The position numbers were made by a program, and so were the translations under genes. DNA of 64,000 nt from an uncultured Candidatus Saccharibacteria bacterium (GTDB taxonomy: Bacteria > Patescibacteriota > Minisyncoccia > Phycocordibacterales > PALSA-1337). Under the pieces are notes generated by a model. It made no database searches, had not been told where the DNA came from, and saw only the letters and a program-made list of their open reading frames with translations. How positions within the stretch are numbered: position 1 is the stretch's first letter; every line of letters starts with the position of its first letter. Below, piece by piece: positions 1-9,914 of the stretch. Location: the NCBI GenBank assembly GCA_964529025.1, contig CAZGUZ010000003.1, positions 22,368 through 86,367 on the forward strand. Reading direction: 5' to 3'.

Positions 1-1457
1 GCCGCCTCAAAATTGCAGCTCGCGAGCCTGAAAATGAAAAGCTTATTGAAATCCTCGGCACCCTTAAAAAGAAAGGCTACGATCCTGAGCTCTATATGGC
101 ATCGACAGCAAGCCTTGAAAAAGCTTGGAAAGCCTACAAGGATCTTTCATTTGCTTTCGAAACAAAAGCTGGCAGCCTTGATATTGCCAATGAAGAAATT
201 GCAAAAATTGTTGATGAACACCAAACTCTTGAGCAGATAAAAGAAACTCTTACTACAATGCTTGCAAATCGAGCAAGCTACCACGTGTCTCGAATACTCG
301 AAATTATTTTGGCTGGCGCACTTGCAACGAATGCTTCTGATATTCACCTAGAACCAGAGCAAGAATACGTTCGCCTTCGCTATCGACTCGACGGCATTCT
401 TACCGATGTACTCAATTTTGACACTCAAACATACACACTGATCCTGTCGCGTATCAAGCTTATTTCTGGCCTCAAGCTCAATATTAAAAAAGACTCTCAG
501 GATGGGCGCTTTAGCGTTAAGCTCGCTTCTAATGATATAGAAATTCGAACCTCAATACTTCCTGGAGCATACAATGAATCTATTGTGCTTCGTATTCTTA
601 ATCCAAAATCTATTGATGTGCCTATGGAAGCACTTGGTATACCAAAAAAACTTCTTTCAATTATTATGGATCAGATCCGTAAGCCAAATGGAATGATACT
701 GACAACTGGTCCAACAGGATCAGGAAAGACAACAACACTCTACGCTTTCCTTAAAAAGGTTCACGATCCTCAGATTAAGATTATTACAATTGAAGACCCT
801 ATCGAATATCACCTTGCAGGAATTGTCCAGACACAAACGAATGATAAGGGGTATACCTTTCTTGAAGGTTTGCGCTCCGCTCTGCGCCAAGACCCTGACA
901 TTATTATGGTAGGAGAAATCCGCGACAGCGAAACTGCTCAAATTGCAATTAACTCTGCTCTTACAGGTCACTTGGTGTTTTCAACACTCCACACAAACTC
1001 TGCTGCTGGGGCCTTCCCTCGCCTTATTGACCTTGGGGTAAATTCGAAAATTATTGCTTCGGCTTTGAGTATCTCTTTGGCGCAGCGACTCGTGCGACAA
1101 TTGTGTCCTCATTGTAAAAAAGAAGTTCCCCTCGAAGGAAACCATCTTGAAAAAATTACTTCTATCGTTCAAGAAATTACTGACCCAGCAGAAAAGCCAT
1201 CAAAAGTAAGTAGTATGTGGTTACCTGTTGGTTGTGAGCACTGTAACGGCACCGGCTATAAGAGTCGCATAGGAATCTATGAAGGTATTCTTATTACTCC
1301 CGAAATTACTTCGGTTGTTGATATGAATGGTAGCGAACTCGAAATTCAAGCGGCAGCAAAATCGCAAGGAATACTCACTATGAAGCAAGATGGTGTATTG
1401 AAAGTGCTTTCTGGAATAACTTCTTTTGAAGAACTCACTCGCGTTATAGAAATTTAA
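1..1457 (+). CDS. GspE/PilB-family secretion/pilus ATPase, 5' end cut by window edge (frame open to position 3)
   Basis: Walker A GPTGSGKTTT and the GspE signature LRQDPDIIMVGEIRD are present. A C-terminal tetracysteine (CPHCK...CEHCNG) is typical of PilB/GspE. The frame has no stop back to nt 3, so the N-terminus lies upstream of the window. Confidence 0.85.
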   Translation, partial: RLKIAAREPENEKLIEILGTLKKKGYDPELYMASTASLEKAWKAYKDLSFAFETKAGSLDIANEEIAKIVDEHQTLEQIKETLTTMLANRASYHVSRILEIILAGALATNASDIHLEPEQEYVRLRYRLDGILTDVLNFDTQTYTLILSRIKLISGLKLNIKKDSQDGRFSVKLASNDIEIRTSILPGAYNESIVLRILNPKSIDVPMEALGIPKKLLSIIMDQIRKPNGMILTTGPTGSGKTTTLYAFLKKVHDPQIKIITIEDPIEYHLAGIVQTQTNDKGYTFLEGLRSALRQDPDIIMVGEIRDSETAQIAINSALTGHLVFSTLHTNSAAGAFPRLIDLGVNSKIIASALSISLAQRLVRQLCPHCKKEVPLEGNHLEKITSIVQEITDPAEKPSKVSSMWLPVGCEHCNGTGYKSRIGIYEGILITPEITSVVDMNGSELEIQAAAKSQGILTMKQDGVLKVLSGITSFEELTRVIEI

Positions 1458-1649
1458 AAGACTGCACGCAAAAAAAACACTTAGTTTAGTTTTTTTGTAT
1501 AGTTGTGCCACCCCTTCTTGTGTGTTCTTAACAAAAAACACAACCAATCGTTAAAATGTGGTCGTGTCAATTGTTTTTTTACTCCGAGAGGAGTACCATA
1601 TTTATAGCTTTACTGCAGTTTAAAAAAGTTCTTACGAAATCAAGTACAG

Positions 1650-1800
1650 AAATCTCTAGGCAATACTTTTAATGTGACCATCAAAAGCTAGAAACAGTTC
1701 CAAGGATAACCCCAGTATGCCAATCACGAGGATGACAACCAGAATGTCCTCGAAAAATGCATCCGCGACCTGAGTAAGCAGGCCGATTGCCTAGAGATTT
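1650..1800. repeat. Perfect 15-bp inverted repeat (AAATCTCTAGGCAAT / ATTGCCTAGAGATTT) flanking a 121-bp spacer in the pilB-ruvB intergenic region
   Basis: Arms read directly at 1650-1664 and 1786-1800. No credible ORF lies between them. Confidence 0.6.
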
Positions 1801-1905
1801 ATGAACTTGATCGTACACGCATGATCGAGTCGTTACTGTAATGTGCAAGAGGGCTCAAGTTGTGCGCTCTTGTGTTCATAAACAATATAGCAGAAAACAA
1901 ATTAT

Positions 1906-2952
1906 ATGTCAAGTACCCTGCCCCCACAACACGGAAAGCCTCATTTAGGCGACAGTGAGCCGCTTGGACTCAAAAAAGAGGCTCAGCATCTTGATACGAC
2001 CCTCAGACCTTCTCGTTGGACAGATTATATTGGCCAAAAAAGTATTAAAGACAATTTACACATACTTTTAACTGCTGCACAAAAGCGACAACACCCTCCT
2101 GAACACATACTTTTATACGGTCCTCCAGGACTTGGTAAAACTACCCTAGCTCACCTTGTAGCAAAAGAGCTCGGCGCACAAATGAAAGTTACTTCGGGCC
2201 CTGCAATTGTTAAAGTTGGTGACTTGGCAGCAATTCTTACTAACCTTGCCGAAGGCGACATTCTCTTTATCGACGAAATTCACCGCCTTAATAAAGCCAT
2301 TGAAGAAGTTTTGTATCCTGCCATGGAATCCGGCACCTTGGACATTATTATTGGTAAAGGCCCCTCGGCTCGAACAATCCAACTCGAACTACCACGCTTT
2401 ACCCTCATTGCTGCAACAACGCGTATTGCAATGATTTCTTCTCCGCTCCGATCGCGCTTCTCTGGTGGAGTGTTTAAGCTTGAGTTTTATTCGGTTTCCG
2501 AGATCGAGCAAATTATTGAGCGCTCAAGCACGATTCTTGGTATTAAAATCGAAGCCGAGGCTGCTCATGAAATTGCCCGCCGCAGCCGCTGCACACCACG
2601 AACAGCCAACTATTTTCTTAAGCGCTGCCGTGACTATGCCGAAGTTCATTCAAACAATTCAGAAGACCCTCAACTTACTAAAGCTGTTGTCGTGTCTACC
2701 CTTTCTATGCTCGGCATCGACACCCTGGGTCTTAATGCTGCAGACCGAGAGATTCTTAAAGTAATGATTGGCAAGTTTGCTGGCGGCCCTGTTGGACTTA
2801 ATACAATTGCTGCTGCCCTTTCCGAAGAACAAGCAACTATTGAAGAAGTGTACGAACCCTACCTTATTCAACTAGGCCTTCTTGAAAGAACCCCTCGCGG
2901 CCGAACAGTAACAGCAAAAGGTCATGATCACATTCAGCAATTTACTTCGTAG
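1906..2952 (+). CDS. ruvB: Holliday junction branch-migration helicase RuvB
   Basis: AAA+ Walker A LLYGPPGLGKTTLA, DEIHRL box, sensor TRIAMISSPLRSRF and the C-terminal winged-helix region; 348 aa. Confidence 0.95.
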   Translation: MSSTLPPQHGKPHLGDSEPLGLKKEAQHLDTTLRPSRWTDYIGQKSIKDNLHILLTAAQKRQHPPEHILLYGPPGLGKTTLAHLVAKELGAQMKVTSGPAIVKVGDLAAILTNLAEGDILFIDEIHRLNKAIEEVLYPAMESGTLDIIIGKGPSARTIQLELPRFTLIAATTRIAMISSPLRSRFSGGVFKLEFYSVSEIEQIIERSSTILGIKIEAEAAHEIARRSRCTPRTANYFLKRCRDYAEVHSNNSEDPQLTKAVVVSTLSMLGIDTLGLNAADREILKVMIGKFAGGPVGLNTIAAALSEEQATIEEVYEPYLIQLGLLERTPRGRTVTAKGHDHIQQFTS

Positions 2953-2990
2953 TAAAATCTGGTTTAATTGAATATATAATACAAAACGAT

Positions 2991-3521
2991 ATGGCAGGAC
3001 ATAATAAATGGTCAAAAATTAAACATCAGAAAGCAAAGACTGATGCGCAAAAGAGTAAAACCTTTACTAAAATGGTGCGTCTTATTAGTGCCGAAGCAAA
3101 AAAGGCTCAAGGAAACCTTTCTGCCCCAGGACTTGCTGCTGCAATTGAAAAAGCTAAAAAAGAAAATGTTCCGAACGATACAATTGATCGAGCAATTTCT
3201 AAAGCAACAACAGATACAAGTGCAGCAATGGAAACTGTTGTGTACGAAAGTTATGGCCCAGGCGGTTCTGCAATCGTAATTGTTGCCCTTACTGACAATC
3301 GCAACAAAACCGCACAAGAAGTTAAACACATTCTTTCAAATCATAGCTGTGAACTTGCAGGTATTGGTAGTGCTCTATGGGCTTTTACAAAAACTCACGA
3401 AGGTTATACAGCACAAACAACAGTACCTCTTGAAGATGCTGATGGCGAAAAACTATCTGCCCTTGTAGAAGAACTCGAAGAAAACGACGACGTGCAGGAT
3501 GTCTACACTAATGCCGAATAG
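2991..3521 (+). CDS. YebC/PmpR-family probable transcriptional regulator, compact 176-aa form
   Basis: N-terminal MAGHNKWSKIKHQKA and C-terminal DDVQDVYTN are hallmark YebC/TACO1 motifs. It sits between ruvB and ruvC as in many bacteria and appears to lack the middle domain. Confidence 0.8.
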   Translation: MAGHNKWSKIKHQKAKTDAQKSKTFTKMVRLISAEAKKAQGNLSAPGLAAAIEKAKKENVPNDTIDRAISKATTDTSAAMETVVYESYGPGGSAIVIVALTDNRNKTAQEVKHILSNHSCELAGIGSALWAFTKTHEGYTAQTTVPLEDADGEKLSALVEELEENDDVQDVYTNAE

Positions 3522-4026
3522 TATGCGAGTCATCGCTATTGATCCGGGATACGACAGAGTTGGAATTGCAGTATTAGAAAAAACTTCGGCACGTGAACGC
3601 GAGACCGTTATTCACTCCGAGTGTTTTACGACTTCAAAAAATGAGAGTATGGCAGTGCGCCTTAATGCTGTAGGTTCTCGAGTTGCACAAATAATCTTAG
3701 ATCATCACCCAGAATTTGCAGCCCTTGAAACTTTATATTTTAGCAAAAACCAAAAGACTGCCCTTTCAGTTGCCGAAGCGCGCGGTGTGCTTGTATATGA
3801 ATGTGCTCGAGCAGGACTTACTCTATTTGAATACCCGCCATCGCACATTAAAATTGCAATAACTGGTCATGGAGCAAGTACCAAGCACGAAATCATGGGA
3901 ATGATTCCTCGCTTAGTTACTATGAAAAAAATCGACATTTTTGACGATGAATTTGATGCTATTGCTGTCGGTATTACATGTATTGCGCACGAGTACTCGC
4001 GCTTGGCTAGAACTATGAAAAGTTAA
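3499..4026 (+). CDS. ruvC: Crossover junction endodeoxyribonuclease RuvC
   Basis: MRVIAIDPGYDRVGIAVLE N-terminus and the DAIAVGITC catalytic region; overlaps the yebC-like gene by 23 nt. Confidence 0.9.
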   Translation: MSTLMPNSMRVIAIDPGYDRVGIAVLEKTSARERETVIHSECFTTSKNESMAVRLNAVGSRVAQIILDHHPEFAALETLYFSKNQKTALSVAEARGVLVYECARAGLTLFEYPPSHIKIAITGHGASTKHEIMGMIPRLVTMKKIDIFDDEFDAIAVGITCIAHEYSRLARTMKS

Positions 4027-4138
4027 GAAAGTATCGTGGAATATTATTTTCCACAAAAAAATTATTGCAAATTTTTACAGCTTTTGTTACAACTATACAA
4101 ACCTACCGATTAAGTTTGATTAAATTGTATTTAAATCA

Positions 4139-4339
4139 ATGGACACAGAAGAAACAACACCAGCAGAAATAGACTTTGATCCTCGCAAAAAGAAGACTGA
4201 GGACGAAGAAGATGAAGCAGCTACTGATGCTCCCGAAATTGACCCTGAATTTTTTGAGGGCGATGACGGCGAAGATGAAGACGAAGAAACTCTTGATGAC
4301 GATGAAGTAGATCCTTTCAAGGATAAGTGGGAAGAATAA
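4139..4339 (+). CDS. Hyper-acidic small protein (66 aa, about half D/E), hypothetical
   Basis: The ORF ends 20 nt before a clean rho-independent terminator. The antisense ORF is a low-complexity Ser run. No SD is visible, so the call is tentative. Confidence 0.4.
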   Translation: MDTEETTPAEIDFDPRKKKTEDEEDEAATDAPEIDPEFFEGDDGEDEDEETLDDDEVDPFKDKWEE

Positions 4340-4356
4340 TACATAGTACTCATAAA

Positions 4357-4386
4357 CAAAAAAAGCGTATAACGCTTTTTTTTGTT
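4357..4386. terminator. Bidirectional rho-independent terminator (AAGCGT-ATAA-ACGCTT hairpin flanked by an A-run and a T-run)
   Basis: The hairpin at 4363-4378 has poly-A on one side and poly-T on the other. It serves the convergent acidic ORF (+) and tyrS (-). Confidence 0.6.
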
Positions 4387-4428
4387 TATGTGTGGACTTT
4401 AACTATTAGACTCTGCCCTTCTTATGTC

Positions 4429-5661
4429 TTATGCAAGAGTTATTTTTACAAACTTCTTTTTTCCAATGCGAAGATTAATATTTTTTGTAAGAACATAATC
4501 TGCACCAATTACTAGAGCTTCGTCATCAACATCATGAAAGGCTCCGCTTTCGGCAAGTCGGCGGAACTCCCCTTTTGAAGCAACAATCTTTTGTTCAATA
4601 AGACAATTAAGAAGAGTTGTGTTTGGAGCTACAATAATTTCTGTAGCATCTTCGGGCATTTCTTTTTTACTAAAAGTTTTTTCAAAAACCTGCTGAGCTC
4701 GTTCGGCATCTTGCTCTGAATGAATTCCTTTTACAATCTCAAAAGCAAGCTTAACTTTTGCATTGCGAGGATTTTCGCCATTCTTAAGCTGATCTTCTAC
4801 GACTTTAATTTGGTCGAGAGTCATATCGGTGCACAATTCCATTGCTTGAACAATAATTTCATCACCCCAACTCATAACTCGGCCAAAAATATCTTCGGGT
4901 GTTTGATTGAGTGCCACTGCATTGTTTTCGGTCTTACCCATCTTTTTACCTGTAGGGTCAGTAAGAAGTTTTACAGCAATTACAAACTTTTCTTTATTCT
5001 TAAGTGATTTGAGCAAATCACGACCCATGAGCATATTAAAAGTTTGGTCATTGCCACCAATCTCGGCATCGGTTTCAAGAGCAACAGAGTCGTACCCTTG
5101 CATAAGTGGGTACATGAATTCGTGGATATGAATTGGCTTATTGTCAGCTTGTCTTTGTGCAAACATATCTCGCTTAAGCATTTGATCTACCGTAACCAAA
5201 GAAGAAAGCTCGAGCACATCAGCAAAATTAAGCTTTGCTAGCCATTTTGAATTAAATACGAGTCGAGCTGGGTTTGATCCACCAAAATTCAAATAGTGTG
5301 ATGCTTGTTTTTTATATTCAGTGCAGTTTTTGAGCACTTCGGCACGTGTAAGCTTTTTTCGTGTTGTAGCTTTGTCGGTAGGGTCGCCAATTGTAGCTGT
5401 AAAGTCACCGATAAGGAGTGTTACTTTATGGCCCATTTTTTGAAACTCTCTGAGCTTTCGCAAAGTAACAGCGTGGCCAAGGTGAAGTGTTGGACCGGTA
5501 GGATCAATACCTAAATAGATAGAAACTGGCTTACCTTGGAGTAATTTTTGTGTAAAGGCTTCTCGATTAGGAAAAATGTTTTCTACTGATCGAGTAACAA
5601 ACTCGTTAACTACCTCTTTTTGAGTAATAACTTCTGGTTTTTTGGTGAAAAATCTCAACAT
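4429..5661 (-). CDS. tyrS: Tyrosine--tRNA ligase
   Basis: Class I HIGH motif (GIDPTGPTLHLGH), KMSKS variant KMGKT, 410 aa with a C-terminal S4-like tail. Confidence 0.9.
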   Translation of the reverse strand: MLRFFTKKPEVITQKEVVNEFVTRSVENIFPNREAFTQKLLQGKPVSIYLGIDPTGPTLHLGHAVTLRKLREFQKMGHKVTLLIGDFTATIGDPTDKATTRKKLTRAEVLKNCTEYKKQASHYLNFGGSNPARLVFNSKWLAKLNFADVLELSSLVTVDQMLKRDMFAQRQADNKPIHIHEFMYPLMQGYDSVALETDAEIGGNDQTFNMLMGRDLLKSLKNKEKFVIAVKLLTDPTGKKMGKTENNAVALNQTPEDIFGRVMSWGDEIIVQAMELCTDMTLDQIKVVEDQLKNGENPRNAKVKLAFEIVKGIHSEQDAERAQQVFEKTFSKKEMPEDATEIIVAPNTTLLNCLIEQKIVASKGEFRRLAESGAFHDVDDEALVIGADYVLTKNINLRIGKKKFVKITLA

Positions 5662-5716
5662 ATATCTACTCTATCACACGTGAGTTGCTTGTGCTACAAT
5701 CGTAGAAAAGGCACAT

Positions 5717-8266
5717 ATGCATACAAAAAATAAAGGTTTTTTTCGAAATATAAGAAATTTGTATTTTCACATACAGAAAGCAATTCTATTTTCTTTAACT
5801 CTCGGGTTTATCTTTGCCGGAATTATCATTCTATGGCTCTCTACCTTACAAATTCCTGATCTTAAGACATTTAGTGATCGCCAAATTGTTCAATCTACAA
5901 AAATTTACGATCGAACTGGCGAGGTTTTGCTCTACGATATTCATGAGAATGCAAAAAGAACGGTTGTTCCCCTTTCCGAAATATCGACACATATCAGAAA
6001 TGCAACAATAGCAATTGAGGATGCTGAATTTTATGAACACTTTGGAATTAAACCAAAAGCAATTGTTCGTGCTGTTCTTGCAAACCTTATTCCTGGAGGC
6101 TTAACACAAGGAGGATCAACCATAACACAACAAATTATCAAGAACTCTGTTCTTACTAAAGACAAAACGATCACTCGAAAGCTTAAAGAGTGGGTTTTGG
6201 CTGTAAAACTCGAGCGCGAGGTTACTAAAGACGAAATCTTGGCAATTTACCTCAATGAAACCACCTATGGCGGAAGCATCTTTGGTGTCGAAGAAGCTGC
6301 TCGTAACTTTTTTGGTAAACAAGCAAAAGATGTAACTTTAGCCGAAGCTGCGTATATTGCTGCGCTTCCTCAGGCTCCTTCTTTTTATTCTCCGTACGGA
6401 AAAAATATTGACCGACTTGATGCGCGACAGCGTTTAGTTCTTTCTAAAATGTATGAATATGGGTTTATTAGCAAAGAGGAGCGCGATACTGCCGTAGCTG
6501 AGCAAGTAACTTTTAAAGAACGAGGCTCAACAAGTATTAAGGCTCCTCACTTCTCTATGTATGTGCGTGACTATTTAACACAGAAATACGGCGAGGACAC
6601 TGTAGAAAGTGGCGGTTTGCGAGTTATTACAACTCTTGATTTTAACCTTCAAACTATTGCCGAAGAAAAAGTAACTGAGTTTGCTCCTGGTCTTGCTCAA
6701 AACTTTAATGCAAGCAATACAGCAATGGTGGCAATTGATCCTAAAACGGGCGATATATTAACCATGGTGGGTTCAAGAAATTACTTTGATACCGAAATCG
6801 AAGGTAATTTCAACATTGCAACAGCAAAGCGCCAGCCTGGTTCTACATTTAAGCCTTTCGTGTATGCGGCAGGACTTGAAAAAGGATATACACCAGAAAC
6901 AATTCTTTTCGATGTAAAAACGGAATTCTCTTCTGAATGTACTCCTGATAGCAAACCAAAAATCAAAGATTCAACGACGATTAAGTGTTACAACCCTGAA
7001 AACTACGATCTTTTGTACGAAGGACCAATTACCATGCGTCGTGCTTTAGCTCAATCAAGAAACATTCCTGCAGTTAAAATGCTCTACCTTGTAGGAATTC
7101 CTACAGCAATTGATTTGGCCGAGAAAATGGGCATTGAATCCTTGAATGATCCCGATCGTTACGGCCTTACCCTAACCCTTGGAGGTGGTGAAGTAAGCCT
7201 TCTTGAACTCACAAGTGCATATGGAGTTTTTGCAAATGATGGCTTACGAAATCCTCACCGAGCAATTCTTCGTGTTGAAGATTCCGAAGGAAACATTCTT
7301 GAGCAAGCACAAAACAACCCTGTTCAGGTACTCGATGCAAATGTTGCCCGAGATATTAGTGACATTCTTACCGATAAAACAGTGCGGTCATCGAGTGTGG
7401 CACAGATCGTAAACCCAATTGGGCGATCAATTGCAGCAAAAACTGGTACAACAAATGACTATCGCGACGTTTGGATAATGGGATACACTCCAAACCTTGT
7501 TGTTGGTGCTTGGGCAGGTAAAAACGACAATACACCTATGGAAAGAAAGGTTGCCGGTCTTATCATTACCCCTCTCTGGGGAGCATTCTTGAGTGATGCC
7601 CTTAAAACCCTTCCCCGCGAGGAGTTCAAGACAAATGACACCATTGTTGACCCTCGAACAATTAAACCCGTAATGCGCAACATATGGCTCGGAGGAGAAT
7701 CTTATTTCATCGACTCAGTATCTAAAAAACTTGCCACTGAACTTACTCCACAAGAAACTCTTCAAGAAATAACAATTCCTGGAGTACATTCAATTCTTCA
7801 TTGGGTAGACAAACGAGATCCCCTTGGAGCAATTCCAGAAGAGCCTCAAAAGGATTCTCAGTATGAAAACTGGGAGTATGGAGTTCAAAAGTGGTTTGAG
7901 GATTGGAAAAAGAAAAATCCAACATTCAAAGAAACTGTTGCGGCAGCCCCTGCGGAAAAAGATGATGTTCACACAGCAGAAAACTCACCTAAGGTTGCCT
8001 TCAAGATCGATATCGATGCCCGCCTTGCCCCTAAAAAAGCCTTTCCTTTAGAGATTCAAACTTCATCAAGGTATCCAATTAAAAAAGTTGAATACTTCTT
8101 GAACGGAAGAATTATCGGAACTAGTCAACAAAGTCCTTATTCAATAACTTTTACACCAACAAAGGATGAAGTCTTTGCAAAGAATGAAATTGGCGTAGTG
8201 GTAACCGATTCAGTATTCAACAGAACCGAAGCAAGAGTTACGATAGACGGAACACAAAGAGAATAA
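5717..8266 (+). CDS. Class A penicillin-binding protein (bifunctional glycosyltransferase/transpeptidase, PBP1A-like)
   Basis: N-terminal TM; GT51 motifs IEDAEFYEHFG and TQQIIKN; transpeptidase SxxK (GSTFKP), SxN and KTGTT; plus a roughly 150-aa C-terminal extension. Confidence 0.9.
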   Translation: MHTKNKGFFRNIRNLYFHIQKAILFSLTLGFIFAGIIILWLSTLQIPDLKTFSDRQIVQSTKIYDRTGEVLLYDIHENAKRTVVPLSEISTHIRNATIAIEDAEFYEHFGIKPKAIVRAVLANLIPGGLTQGGSTITQQIIKNSVLTKDKTITRKLKEWVLAVKLEREVTKDEILAIYLNETTYGGSIFGVEEAARNFFGKQAKDVTLAEAAYIAALPQAPSFYSPYGKNIDRLDARQRLVLSKMYEYGFISKEERDTAVAEQVTFKERGSTSIKAPHFSMYVRDYLTQKYGEDTVESGGLRVITTLDFNLQTIAEEKVTEFAPGLAQNFNASNTAMVAIDPKTGDILTMVGSRNYFDTEIEGNFNIATAKRQPGSTFKPFVYAAGLEKGYTPETILFDVKTEFSSECTPDSKPKIKDSTTIKCYNPENYDLLYEGPITMRRALAQSRNIPAVKMLYLVGIPTAIDLAEKMGIESLNDPDRYGLTLTLGGGEVSLLELTSAYGVFANDGLRNPHRAILRVEDSEGNILEQAQNNPVQVLDANVARDISDILTDKTVRSSSVAQIVNPIGRSIAAKTGTTNDYRDVWIMGYTPNLVVGAWAGKNDNTPMERKVAGLIITPLWGAFLSDALKTLPREEFKTNDTIVDPRTIKPVMRNIWLGGESYFIDSVSKKLATELTPQETLQEITIPGVHSILHWVDKRDPLGAIPEEPQKDSQYENWEYGVQKWFEDWKKKNPTFKETVAAAPAEKDDVHTAENSPKVAFKIDIDARLAPKKAFPLEIQTSSRYPIKKVEYFLNGRIIGTSQQSPYSITFTPTKDEVFAKNEIGVVVTDSVFNRTEARVTIDGTQRE

Positions 8267-8278
8267 TAAATCGCGTAA

Positions 8279-8536
8279 TTACTCGATAGAAACAATACGT
8301 AAAGAAGGCACGTTCTCTCTGACTCGCTCAAGGAGGGTGTGTTTTTTTATATAAATCTGGCTTTTAACAATGGGGCTCGCATTTATTTTAAGTATTGCTC
8401 CTTTCCACTCAATATCCTCAATTGGAACATGAATGTTGTAATCACTCTTGAGAATCTTAGAAAGCGATGTTCGGGCAACATACCCTTCTGCGCCAATACC
8501 CTTGAATTTCTCAAGAAAATTACTGATGTTGAGCAT
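8279..8536 (-). CDS. Small protein, possibly a DUF721/DciA-like helicase-loader homologue
   Basis: 85 aa lying 35 nt downstream of dnaN. The pattern (W-x-G-x-L-K-I-N-A-S-P ... LLERVRENVP...IVSI) resembles DciA proteins that commonly follow dnaN. The competing plus-strand ORF looks non-protein-like. Confidence 0.4.
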   Translation of the reverse strand: MLNISNFLEKFKGIGAEGYVARTSLSKILKSDYNIHVPIEDIEWKGAILKINASPIVKSQIYIKKHTLLERVRENVPSLRIVSIE

Positions 8537-8571
8537 TGAATTGCCAGGGTTTTATCGTAATAATACTTAAA

Positions 8572-9675
8572 CTATTTATTCATTGGCATAACAAGATACA
8601 TAAATGTTGTATCGCCAATTGGCCGCATAATCATAGGGCGATTTTTACCTGTAAATTGCAAGCATAAACTATCTGTAGCAATTACCTGAAAAACATCATA
8701 CATGTACTTATGATTAAAGTTCACTTCTATGTCCTCGCCTTCTACTACTGCATTGAGCATGTTTTCATTTTCTCCGATGTCGCTATTCTTTGTTGTAACA
8801 CTCACTTGCGCATCTTTTGATACAACCCTCACATTCACCTGATTAAACTTGTCTGAGAAGATTGTAGAGAGTTTGAGAGCATCTACAATGTCTTGTTTGA
8901 GGAGTGTAACCTCGGTTGTAAATTCTTTTGGAATAATTTGTTTGTAATCAGGAAATACTCCATCAATAACTCTTGAAACAAGAAAAACGCTACCGTATTC
9001 AAATGAAACCTGGTTTTTATTGAGTGAAACCTGAACATCTCCCCCTTCAGCAGCTTCGAGTACGCGAATAATCTCGGGAATATTCTTATGTGGAATCAGA
9101 ATATGACCAAAATCTGCAACTTGTGGAGCTGGTATGCGTTTTTCAGCAAGTCTAAACGAGTCTGTAGCAACAAAGACTATTTGACCTCCTGTTGTATAAA
9201 TATAAACACTTGATAATTCTTGTTTAATACTTGAAATAGAAGCGCAGAACCATACCGATTTAAGCCCTTGAACAAGAATATGAGCTGGCAACGTAAACTG
9301 AATACCCTCAACAACTCTTGGAATTGTCGGAAAAGCATCGTGAGGCTGAGCTTTAATCAAAGTTGAATTCTTTTTTGTATTTACTGAAAGGTTTCCGTTA
9401 TTAAGTTTAATTTTTACAGGAGCATCAACTTTAATACCTGTAACAAACATAGTGAGAATATTTCCTTGCACGGCAACTGTCCCTTTTTGAGTAACAGTAG
9501 CAGGAATTGATATTTCCATACCAAGATCAAGATTTGTTGATCGGAGTGTTACCATGTCATCCCCCGCATCAATGAGGATAGTACTCAAAACCGGTTGAGC
9601 AACATTCTTACCAGTTATTTTTTCTGCAAGAGAAACTCCTCGTACCAGAGCATCCTTCTTTATTTCGAATTCCAT
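8572..9675 (-). CDS. dnaN: DNA polymerase III beta sliding clamp
   Basis: 367 aa with three-domain clamp architecture, a typical MEFEIKKDAL N-terminus and a position immediately downstream of dnaA. Confidence 0.9.
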   Translation of the reverse strand: MEFEIKKDALVRGVSLAEKITGKNVAQPVLSTILIDAGDDMVTLRSTNLDLGMEISIPATVTQKGTVAVQGNILTMFVTGIKVDAPVKIKLNNGNLSVNTKKNSTLIKAQPHDAFPTIPRVVEGIQFTLPAHILVQGLKSVWFCASISSIKQELSSVYIYTTGGQIVFVATDSFRLAEKRIPAPQVADFGHILIPHKNIPEIIRVLEAAEGGDVQVSLNKNQVSFEYGSVFLVSRVIDGVFPDYKQIIPKEFTTEVTLLKQDIVDALKLSTIFSDKFNQVNVRVVSKDAQVSVTTKNSDIGENENMLNAVVEGEDIEVNFNHKYMYDVFQVIATDSLCLQFTGKNRPMIMRPIGDTTFMYLVMPMNK

Positions 9676-9914
9676 GTGTATTAATTATATTATTTAGTTA
9701 AATACAAGATACTACTACTATTAGGGGTGTGGATTTGTTGAAAACTTTTTATAGAGCTTAACAAAGCGATGTTCTGGTTTTTGCTCATCCACAACCTCTG
9801 CACAAAGTGTGGTAGTAACTCGAACAACTTTTTGAGCACTTGTTACTTATCTACGAATCCTCCCCAGTTGCTCCTACTTAATTCACAGGCTTATCCACAA
9901 ACTTATCCCCTGTT
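9676..9914. promoter_or_regulatory. Candidate oriC segment in the dnaA-dnaN spacer: DnaA boxes plus an AT-rich unwinding tract
   Basis: A perfect TTATCCACA lies at 9891-9899 with near-matches TCATCCACA (9783-9791) and TTATCTACG (9847-9855). An AT-rich run sits at 9680-9720. Confidence 0.5.

Noticed and set aside
1665-1785. Hydrophobic roughly 40-aa peptide (..DAFFEDILVVILVIGILGLSLELFLAFDGH..) on the minus strand between the 15-bp inverted repeats, considered as a possible type I toxin
   Set aside because: There is no ATG, GTG or TTG start in frame; the frame opens directly after a TAG.
4120-4359. Ser-rich 79-aa minus-strand ORF
   Set aside because: It is antisense to the acidic ORF, a poly-Ser low-complexity artefact of the GAA/GAT-rich coding strand.
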